Positions 1 through 7,748 of a DNA stretch of 64,000 nt are shown piece by piece; within the stretch, counting starts at the first letter, position 1, and the number at the start of each line of letters is the position of its first letter. The notes beneath the pieces were generated by a model. It saw nothing but the letters and a program-made list of their open reading frames with translations. It searched no databases and was not told the origin of the DNA. The DNA comes from an uncultured Bacteroidales bacterium (GTDB lineage Bacteria; Bacteroidota; Bacteroidia; Bacteroidales; Bacteroidaceae), in the NCBI GenBank assembly GCA_902771725.1, contig CACXXT010000010.1:18193-82192 (forward strand), written 5' to 3'. Position numbers and translations under genes: made by a program.

Positions 1-555
1 TTGTCATCAGCATTGCCACCCCATGTGATGGTGGTGTTGGTGATGGTGCCGTCGGCGGCGATGGCCTTGGCCTCGGCGAGTCGTGTGCTGATGCGTGTCA
101 TGTACTGCCCCAGGAAGTTGGGACCGAGCTGTCCCTTCACCTCCAGCTTGTTGCCTACGTAGGGATTGCCGATGTTGTTGCCTTTTTGGTCGAGCAGGGT
201 GATGGTCATCTTCCCGTCAGCTTCGATGGTGTAGGCCTCTTGTGATGGCTCACCCTTGAGGCGGGGTTGCACACAGAAGCCAGCTTGGGTGGGCAGGATG
301 TCGAAACTGACGGTTTTCGTCCATTTGCCGGAGGTCGCTGTCTCCTGTGCCTGCAGACCATTGCTGTCGATATAGTAAATAGTAATGGCGGCCGCATCGA
401 GCAAATCCTGGCTCAAGTTCACCACGTACTCAGCCGTGGCACTCGTGGCCTTAGTCGTTTCTGGTTTGTCATCGTCGCTGCTACTGCACGAGGTAAGGCC
501 GCCGAGGGACAGCAAGCCCCCCAGCAGCAAACTCATTATCTTAAGATTCTTCATT
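1..555 (-). CDS. small lipoprotein, unknown function (C-terminus beyond left edge)
   Basis: Absent from the ORF track because it is open at the window edge. My translation of the minus strand from ATG 555..553 reads MKNLKIMSLLLGGLLSLGGLTSCSSSDDDKPETTKATS... (signal peptide, lipobox Cys, acidic linker) and stays open to nt 1. It starts 10 nt after the stop of the 2068-aa gene. Confidence 0.6.
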
Positions 556-564
556 GTCGTAAGA

Positions 565-3500
565 TTATTTTTTGATGATTTTTTTACCGTTCTTAATGAC
601 TACACCCTTGGCGTGCTCGCTTATCCTGCGACCGCTGAGGTCATAGACGTGCTCAGTGCCGTCGCTGTCGATGGTGCGCAGCTGTTCAATGCCGTATTCA
701 TCCTCGAGCGTCATGCCGATGGCAGCGCGTGTGCCCTGACGGCTCTGCAGCAGATAGCATCGGAAGGCGGGAATGGTGACGGCGCTGTGGTCTTCGGAGT
801 CGGAGAGCACAGGGTGCCATTTCGCATCGTCGTTCATCACGTAGACGCCGATTTCTACAGCCTCCTTGTTGTCGATGGCATCCAACGTGCCACGCATGAC
901 ATAGCCGGGTGACTGCATCTGGTGGCCGTAGGTGGAACCGCCGCTGGCGGGGATAGCGACGCTGCCGCTCGTTCCCAGCGACGCATCGTTCTGCTCCGTC
1001 CATACGAGGTAAGGCTCCATGGCCTCCATGTGACCCGTGTGCTGGGCAAAGATCAGTTCGTTGTCGCTGCGTCCTGAAAGACGATAGACTTTCGCATCTG
1101 CAGGAATATCGAGGGCGTAGGGCAGACAGATGGTGTAAGGTGCGCTGCTCTTTGTCAGCGTGCGGGTGTTCTCCACGTTATCGGCTGTCACGGCGAAGGG
1201 CACCAGGTAATCAAGGCCATCCATCAAGCGGAAGGTCTGTGCACGGAAGCCGTTGCCATTGTTGACGGCCACGTTCACATCGGCACTTTCGCCATACTGT
1301 GCAGGCACATAGACCAGCGTGTTCTCACCGATACCGAGTGAGCGGACGCCACCTTCGGCGGCGAGCGTCGGTGCATAGTCGGCACATTTGCTCAGATCGA
1401 CATAGCGTAGGGTGGTAGTATTCTTGAAGGCATCCTTGGCCACACCCTTGGTTGTGGCGGGCAGGGTGACGTTGCGCAGCAGTGTGAGTGGAGCCACGTC
1501 GGCAGTACGCAGCGAGTCGATGCTGGTATATTGGAGGGCATCGAAGTCGATGACGCCGGTATGGTTGCGGAACCAGCCGCTGATGTCGCCAATCTGCCGC
1601 AAGTCGTCCTTGGTGGCGGCGGCGTGTGCTGCGAAGGCAGCAAACGACTCGTCGTCCTTGAAGGCACCAGAGCTGATGTTGTTCGTGCGCTGCTGTGAAC
1701 CGGTGTAGGCATCATCATTGATGTATTCTTGATAGAGCGAGGGACGCACGTAGAAGGCATCGAACGTCGGGCTGTAGTTGTTGCACAGGTTACGACACAC
1801 CCAGCTTTCGTTCTCCATCGCCAACTTTTTCTTCGAGAGGATGTACATGCGGGTTATTGAGGCGCAGTCATCCAAGGCACTCCATACGAATTCCTCGCAG
1901 TCGTCGCCGATGACCACTGTCTCCAGATATTCGCTCTCCTGGAAGGCACGCTCCCTGACGCGTTTCATATTTTTTGGCAGGATGACTGTCTTCAGCGAGT
2001 AGCACCGTCCAAAGGCGAAGCCTGGCAGCACATCGTCTTCATCGTTTTTAAGGAACTTGATGGAAAACTGCCATTGAGCAGCATCTGTCATGTATCCGGT
2101 AGGCTCGATATCGGCATCATAGAGGTCGATGTATTCCAACAATCCAAAATAGTTGCGGCAGCCTCCAAAGGGTGTCTTGTTATTCAAATCCCTCGCGATA
2201 TCGTAGCCAGCCAGGAAACGCATGACGGTGAAGTCAGCACATCCGATGGGGCCGTTGACTTTCAGGGCACGGATGTGGGAGTAATCGCCCGTGACGGAGG
2301 TAATAGCATATAATTGTAGTTCTTCATCTTTAAATGGATCGTTGTATGATCCTACGTGTGCCGTAGAAATCTTCAGTCCCAGTTTCTCTGCCAGTGTGTT
2401 CGGTTCGGTCAGTGTTACCTCGATGATATTGTTGCGGAAGTCCTCGTCCTCGCCCATGATGTGGTCAGCATACTGTGCCCACTTCTCGCGGTAGCGCTTC
2501 ACGTGGGTCTTCGGCACGATGATCTGGAAGTCGGCGGGCAGGTCGCGCAGTGCGTCGGTGGCCAGTTCGGGCACGCTGTCGGCAGCGATGCTGATGGTTT
2601 CCAGCTGCTGACATCCCTCAAACACCTCTCTGCCTATCACGGTGAGCGAATCAGGCAGGGTGATGCGCTTCAGACTGCTGCAACCCTTGAACTCCTGGGC
2701 GTTCAGGCTGTGCAGTTCGGTAAAGTATGGCAGCTCGTCGAGTGTTGTGAGCCGTGTGTTGCCGGTGAACACGCCGTTGATGTCGTTCATCTTAAGATAC
2801 TCCGACGGGAAGTAATGATGCTTTGCGGCCAGTGCCTCCATCGCCTCGTCATCGGCAAACGGCGCGGCGATACTGCGGGCGCGGTTGGTCAGGGCAGGGT
2901 CGCTCATGTAGTCGCCAAGCTGCGACTGCTTCGTATAGACCTGGGCTATCGGAGCCTCCCACGGGTCATCCTTTTCGCTGGTGGCAAACTCATCGGTGAG
3001 GAACACCAGTTCGTCGATGCCGCTGGTGAGGTCCTGCAGCAGGTCGCGGGTATAGCGCTTCAGTCCCTTGCCTATGGCGAGGCGCTTCAGGTTCTTGGCA
3101 TCCTGGAAGGTGTTCTCGCCAATCTCGGTGACGCTGTTGGGCAGAATGAGCGTTTCGAGGGCCGTACAGTTGTGGAACATGTATTCGCCCACCCAGTCGG
3201 CCTTCTCCAAGTACTCGTCCACACCATATTTATTATAGGAGTGCTCCGTATCCTTCAGGAAGTTGGCGTCCGAGAGGTCCACGTAGGCCAGTCGTCCGTC
3301 TGTCGGGTCGCTGTCCCAGGCGTCGGCACCCATCATGATGCGCAGCACGCCCACGTCGATGCCGTTCATCGGGCCGTTGACCTTCAGCGTCTTGTATTTC
3401 CAGTAGGCTCCACCGAGGTAGCGCACGGCACTGCCGTCCATGATAGCGGTCAGCCCTAACTTCTCGGCCAGCTGTCCGGCTTGGTTGAGGGTGACCTCGG

Positions 3501-6500
3501 TGATGAGGGCAGGCTCCTCGCTGTCGGCCTTGATATACTGGGCATAGCTTGGCCAGGCCTGCTTGTAGGCATCCACAGCCGAGGCGGGTACGTAGATGAC
3601 GAAGCCGCTGTAACTGGTAAGGTCGAACACGTTGTAGTCCAACTTGGCAGGTGTAGTGCCCTCGCAGCGCACGGTCTTCAGGCCGCTGTACTGGAAGGCA
3701 CAGGGATCGATGGTCGCCACGGCGGCGGGGATGGTGATTTCCTTCAGGTTCCTGCAGCCATAGAAGGCCCAGCCGCCGATGTGCTTCACGGTAGAGGGCA
3801 GTTCGATGGCGTTCAGGTTCTCGCAGTTCTGGAACCACGAGCCGCCCACCTGGGTGAGGCCCACCAGCTCGAAGCGCTTGAAGTCGGGGAACGAGCGCAG
3901 GTCGGTATTGCCCGAGAACTTGCCGTTGAGATAGCTGTCAGATGTCACCCGCGTGATGTCGAGCCAGTCGCCCCACTTCGAGGCGTTGTTGTCGTACCAC
4001 GCACGGGCCACGTCGGTGCGGTACTTCAGGTCGCTCAGCTTGCTCACCACCACGGGGTCGGCAGGCAGGAAGAGTGCGGGCAGGAAGCGGTCGCTGTACT
4101 TCGCCCAGACGGAGTCGGCGGCAAACAGCTCCGTCTGCCGTTCGGTCATCTTGAATCGGACCTTCGGCGACTGGTAGAACACGCCATCGCCCAGTTGCAA
4201 CATCCTCGGGGTGAGCGGCTCGGCAATGTTCGAGCCGTCGGTGCGCAGATAAAGCATATCGACATACTCCAGGTTCGGACATTCGGCGAAGCAGTAGTCC
4301 TGAAGCGCCATCTGCAAGTCGGTGTAGGCATCGCCCGTCCACAGCCAGCCGGCCACGTCCCAGAACGACACGCTCTTGATGTCGGCATTCTTGCGGAAGG
4401 CATTCTTGCGCGCATAGTCGAGTTTGTAGTTGTTGTAGGAACCGATGTCGTTGAAGAATCCCAGGGCACCATTGTTGTTCTTGATATAGTCATCGTCGGG
4501 GCCGATGGCGTGCAGGTGCTCGATGGTGTGTCCGCCCTGTTTCTCCACGTACTGGTTGCCGTTCTGATAGGTAAAGGCATACTTCACGCCGAACTCAGTA
4601 AAGTTGGTCGCTTCCTCCACGTCCTCATATTTGAAGAAACGCTTGTACTGTCCCCACGACAAGTCGTTCTCGAAGTCCTCGCGGCGCTCATTGGGAATGA
4701 TAATCTTGAACTTCAGCGAGTCGAGGCCGGCGAAGATGCTGTCGCCACAGAGTACGAAGTTCTCAGGCCCCATGGCTCGCTGTCCGTTTTTGTCGGTCTG
4801 CATGCGCAGGTCGAGTCTTTCCAGTGACGTGCAGCCCACAAAGGCCGAGTCGGGTATGTATATGAGGTTGGCCGACATATTGTGGCTGGTGCGGGCGCTG
4901 TTGTCATGGAAGCTGACGGTGTGCAGCCTCTTCTTGTTCTGAAACACTGATGGCAGCCACGTCGTGGTACGGGTAACCTTCGACACGCCGGTATAGATAA
5001 CGGCATCCCAAATATCGTCAGGGGCACTCTTGATATAGGTATGATAAATGAGGTTCTTGTCGGGTGTGATGATAACCATGTTCATGGCGTGCGTGCTCAC
5101 CGCATGCATGTTAGCAATGATGTTGTTCTGCATGCCCTGTTTCAGCGAGGCGGCATTGAGAGCCGACCCTAAGAGGTTACAGGTAGCCAAGTTACCGCCG
5201 AGGGTTGATCCGATGAGCGTAGAACCGTGAACCAGTGAGCTGTTCAGCGTCTCTCCTGCAACATAAGCGGCGAGATCCGCTTTCGACACTGCGTCAATAA
5301 TGCCAGACGCAGCTGCGGTAGCATCTTTCGCACTATTCCATATTAAGCTTCTGGAATTACTGGAGAAGCTCAACATGAATTTATATAAGACTTTTGCTTC
5401 CTGCGAACCCATACCGCCTTGAAAAATAGTGTATATCTGATTGGGAAGCAGTTTAAACAAGCCATTTTTATCAATCATTCCCAATTGCAGCATCTCTTGG
5501 CACACCTTGGAATGCATACCCCACGTGCCCAACTTGGTGACATCTATTTTTGGCGTAAACAAATCCAATCTTTGTATAGCCACAGGATCGACAACCCCTT
5601 TATCGATGTTCGATATAACTTGTGCAGTCTCTTTTGCCATCTTCTCTAAACCCTCTGTGTTGGCAGCCACTTCTCCGATGTCTTTTAACTTAGCTTTTGC
5701 TGCATTTAAAGCAGCCTTCGCCGCCAAGGCCTCTTTGGCTGCCACAACTACATTATAGGTCGAATAGGCTATCATCGCCACCTCGGCAGCGATGATAGGA
5801 ATGCTCCATAGCGAGAAGTCCTGCGTCACCACCTGGTCGGTGTTGTAAGTGCCGTCGCCCGTTGCCACGTAGCCGTATGTCAGGCCGTCCTTGATAATAT
5901 CGGGCTTGGCCGAGGGCATATAGTCGGCAGGTTGGAGATAAGCGATGTAGCCTACCCAGTTAGGATCTGCCTTGAATTCAGCATAGCGGTCGGGGGCCAC
6001 CAGGATACGGAAGTCGGGGTTGATGTTCCATTTGCCAAACAGCTGGTCGCCCTCCATCTCGTCAATCTCTTCAGGTGTCGGCAGACCAAAGATGTTGTCG
6101 CCCGGGATGACATCCTTCGGACCGAGCACCTGCCAGTGGTCTTCACCATCCTCCACCTTGTAGAACAAGCGTATCTCCTTCAAGTTCTTGCAGTTCTTGA
6201 AGGCACCGTTCTCAATCACCATCTTTGGTTCGCTGTAGGAGTTGTTGCTGCGACCGTTGGTCTGCCAGAACTCCACAGCCTGCAGGTCTTCGCAGTTCTC
6301 GAAGGCGCCGCGGCGGATAGCGATAGTCTTGTAGTTGTAGTACGAGCCGGGGTCGTTGTAGATGCGTAGCACGCCGTCGTGGCTCTTCAGGTAGCTGGCG
6401 TCGGCGCCAGTCACGGTGGTGTACCACAGATTGGCATTGTCCGTCGTGCGGCTCTTGTCCGAGAGCAGCGAGGCAGCGTTGAACTCCTGGTAGTCGGCGT

Positions 6501-6771
6501 TCCACAGGCGCAGCGTCTTCATGATCTCCCCGTGCTGCTCGTCGGCATTCGAGAGGGCTGTGCCGTCCTCGGCTTTCAGGAAGCTATAGACGGTGCCGTC
6601 CACCTTGATGTCGTCGGAGGCGTGCTCGAAGGTGGTGATGCGGTTGCGCACTTGCACCCACGTCTGGCTGCCGAGGTATTGCTGATAGACGCTGTTGCCC
6701 ACACGCAGCCACGCCTTGGGTGAGTTGTCGAGCATCGAGCCCCAGATGCGTTTCACAGCCGTCGGCGGCAT
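565..6771 (-). CDS. BspA-type leucine-rich-repeat surface protein with T9SS C-terminal sorting domain (main body, no signal peptide of its own)
   Basis: 2068-aa ORF with many repeats of the pattern F..C..L..I.LP.SV..IG..AF (e.g. FQNCENLNAIELPSTVKHIGGWAFYGCRNLKEITIP). The C-terminus ...VYDLSGRRISEHAKGVVIKNGKKIIKK resembles T9SS CTDs. The N-terminus MPPTAVKRIW is not a signal peptide and is in frame with ORF 6802..7401. Confidence 0.8.
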   Translation of the reverse strand: MPPTAVKRIWGSMLDNSPKAWLRVGNSVYQQYLGSQTWVQVRNRITTFEHASDDIKVDGTVYSFLKAEDGTALSNADEQHGEIMKTLRLWNADYQEFNAASLLSDKSRTTDNANLWYTTVTGADASYLKSHDGVLRIYNDPGSYYNYKTIAIRRGAFENCEDLQAVEFWQTNGRSNNSYSEPKMVIENGAFKNCKNLKEIRLFYKVEDGEDHWQVLGPKDVIPGDNIFGLPTPEEIDEMEGDQLFGKWNINPDFRILVAPDRYAEFKADPNWVGYIAYLQPADYMPSAKPDIIKDGLTYGYVATGDGTYNTDQVVTQDFSLWSIPIIAAEVAMIAYSTYNVVVAAKEALAAKAALNAAKAKLKDIGEVAANTEGLEKMAKETAQVISNIDKGVVDPVAIQRLDLFTPKIDVTKLGTWGMHSKVCQEMLQLGMIDKNGLFKLLPNQIYTIFQGGMGSQEAKVLYKFMLSFSSNSRSLIWNSAKDATAAASGIIDAVSKADLAAYVAGETLNSSLVHGSTLIGSTLGGNLATCNLLGSALNAASLKQGMQNNIIANMHAVSTHAMNMVIITPDKNLIYHTYIKSAPDDIWDAVIYTGVSKVTRTTTWLPSVFQNKKRLHTVSFHDNSARTSHNMSANLIYIPDSAFVGCTSLERLDLRMQTDKNGQRAMGPENFVLCGDSIFAGLDSLKFKIIIPNERREDFENDLSWGQYKRFFKYEDVEEATNFTEFGVKYAFTYQNGNQYVEKQGGHTIEHLHAIGPDDDYIKNNNGALGFFNDIGSYNNYKLDYARKNAFRKNADIKSVSFWDVAGWLWTGDAYTDLQMALQDYCFAECPNLEYVDMLYLRTDGSNIAEPLTPRMLQLGDGVFYQSPKVRFKMTERQTELFAADSVWAKYSDRFLPALFLPADPVVVSKLSDLKYRTDVARAWYDNNASKWGDWLDITRVTSDSYLNGKFSGNTDLRSFPDFKRFELVGLTQVGGSWFQNCENLNAIELPSTVKHIGGWAFYGCRNLKEITIPAAVATIDPCAFQYSGLKTVRCEGTTPAKLDYNVFDLTSYSGFVIYVPASAVDAYKQAWPSYAQYIKADSEEPALITEVTLNQAGQLAEKLGLTAIMDGSAVRYLGGAYWKYKTLKVNGPMNGIDVGVLRIMMGADAWDSDPTDGRLAYVDLSDANFLKDTEHSYNKYGVDEYLEKADWVGEYMFHNCTALETLILPNSVTEIGENTFQDAKNLKRLAIGKGLKRYTRDLLQDLTSGIDELVFLTDEFATSEKDDPWEAPIAQVYTKQSQLGDYMSDPALTNRARSIAAPFADDEAMEALAAKHHYFPSEYLKMNDINGVFTGNTRLTTLDELPYFTELHSLNAQEFKGCSSLKRITLPDSLTVIGREVFEGCQQLETISIAADSVPELATDALRDLPADFQIIVPKTHVKRYREKWAQYADHIMGEDEDFRNNIIEVTLTEPNTLAEKLGLKISTAHVGSYNDPFKDEELQLYAITSVTGDYSHIRALKVNGPIGCADFTVMRFLAGYDIARDLNNKTPFGGCRNYFGLLEYIDLYDADIEPTGYMTDAAQWQFSIKFLKNDEDDVLPGFAFGRCYSLKTVILPKNMKRVRERAFQESEYLETVVIGDDCEEFVWSALDDCASITRMYILSKKKLAMENESWVCRNLCNNYSPTFDAFYVRPSLYQEYINDDAYTGSQQRTNNISSGAFKDDESFAAFAAHAAATKDDLRQIGDISGWFRNHTGVIDFDALQYTSIDSLRTADVAPLTLLRNVTLPATTKGVAKDAFKNTTTLRYVDLSKCADYAPTLAAEGGVRSLGIGENTLVYVPAQYGESADVNVAVNNGNGFRAQTFRLMDGLDYLVPFAVTADNVENTRTLTKSSAPYTICLPYALDIPADAKVYRLSGRSDNELIFAQHTGHMEAMEPYLVWTEQNDASLGTSGSVAIPASGGSTYGHQMQSPGYVMRGTLDAIDNKEAVEIGVYVMNDDAKWHPVLSDSEDHSAVTIPAFRCYLLQSRQGTRAAIGMTLEDEYGIEQLRTIDSDGTEHVYDLSGRRISEHAKGVVIKNGKKIIKK

Positions 6772-6801
6772 CGCTTGCCATTGGTTGGAGCCGCTGGTGG
6801 T

Positions 6802-7401
6802 TCACTGCATCAGGTTCACCTCCTCCAGGTTCTCACAGTCGGCAAACGCCTTGTCGCCGATGAAGAAGTAGAAGTCGCTGTTGGCCGTATAGCTCATGGC
6901 GTCGCAGTCCTGGAAATAGACGCGCCTCACGCCCGACATAAAGCGGAAGGCGTTGTCGGCAATGCAGCCTAAGTGGGTGTGGTCTGTGACGAAGCCCACG
7001 AGGTCGTTGAGGATATAGACCTCGCCGCTCGACGGGAAGTGGTCGGCATCGATGGAGGCAGCCGTGATATAGGCTTTCTCAGCGTTCACATACCAACCCT
7101 CGGCGTCGGTGTACCAGCCGTAGTCGCTCGGCTTGTGGACATTGGTGTTGAAATAGCGCGTGTAGTTGTGCTCCGTGATGTAGGTGTACTTAACGCCTTT
7201 GTAGGTGTACACATAGTCGTCTTTGGGCGCCCGTTTTGGCAGCCTCTGGGCCTTTACCACCGTGCCGTCGCTCAGCTCCACCTCATTGGTGATGCTGTCG
7301 GCTGTCGCTGTGTTCGTGCGAATTTCAAGTTCGTCAGCCCATGCGCTTGTGACTGCTATCGTCAGCCACAGCGCCAGCATGGAGAAGAGTCTCTTTTTCA
7401 T
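6802..7401 (-). CDS. signal-peptide-bearing N-terminal fragment of the same LRR surface-protein gene (ends at in-frame TGA)
   Basis: 199-aa ORF. It has the signal peptide MKKRLFSMLALWLTIAVTSAWA and ends inside an LRR unit (FADCENLEEVNLMQ-TGA). It is in the same reading frame as 565..6771. Confidence 0.7.
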   Translation of the reverse strand: MKKRLFSMLALWLTIAVTSAWADELEIRTNTATADSITNEVELSDGTVVKAQRLPKRAPKDDYVYTYKGVKYTYITEHNYTRYFNTNVHKPSDYGWYTDAEGWYVNAEKAYITAASIDADHFPSSGEVYILNDLVGFVTDHTHLGCIADNAFRFMSGVRRVYFQDCDAMSYTANSDFYFFIGDKAFADCENLEEVNLMQ

Positions 7402-7478
7402 TTCCTTTTTTTATTAGTGCCAAGTTTGTGATTTGCTTGCAGAAGAGTTCCGCTTGCAGCAACTGCTTAATCTCGCTG

Positions 7479-7486
7479 CAAAGATA
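7479..7486 (-). promoter_or_regulatory. candidate Bacteroidota -7 box (TATCTTTG on minus strand)
   Basis: Plus-strand caaagata matches the TAnnTTTG consensus on the minus strand, 78 nt upstream of ATG 7401. Confidence 0.4.
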
Positions 7487-7596
7487 CGCAAAATTCTTGA
7501 GATAATTACGACTTAGAGGTATTAATTGCCAAAAATACAGGCAAAATAGGCTATTATACTTAATTAAGGTAGGCAGAATTGGACTATTCAAACGAT

Positions 7597-7668
7597 ATTT
7601 CTGATCGCCTTGATGCCATTATGAAAGAACGAGGCCTTTAGCAACGTGAGTTAGCGAGAATAACACGT
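7597..7668 (+). pseudogene. remnant of an XRE-family helix-turn-helix gene
   Basis: The plus frame reads ISDRLDAIMKERGL-TAG-QRELARITR. This resembles the typical N-terminus of XRE HTH regulators (..MKERGLSQRELA..) with a stop where Ser is expected, and no continuation. Confidence 0.3.
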
Positions 7669-7705
7669 CATCGCCCTCTGTCCCGACGTGGATAGAGGGC
7701 GATGA
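7668..7705 (-). terminator. stem-loop downstream of the 1300-aa gene
   Basis: TCATCGCCCTCT (7668..7679), a 14-nt loop, then AGAGGGCGATGA (7694..7705). The 12-bp stem is perfect and lies 44 nt after the stop at 7749. Confidence 0.6.
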
Positions 7706-7748
7706 GTTTGGTAATACAGTGGCATAAAGGATTAATACATGCTGACTG

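Noticed and set aside
6802-6804. In-frame TGA as a selenocysteine codon.
   Set aside because: I could not see an obvious SECIS-like stem-loop immediately downstream. The position is in an LRR scaffold rather than a redox Cys context, and no selenoprotein machinery is visible. Selenocysteine cannot be formally excluded without a SECIS search.
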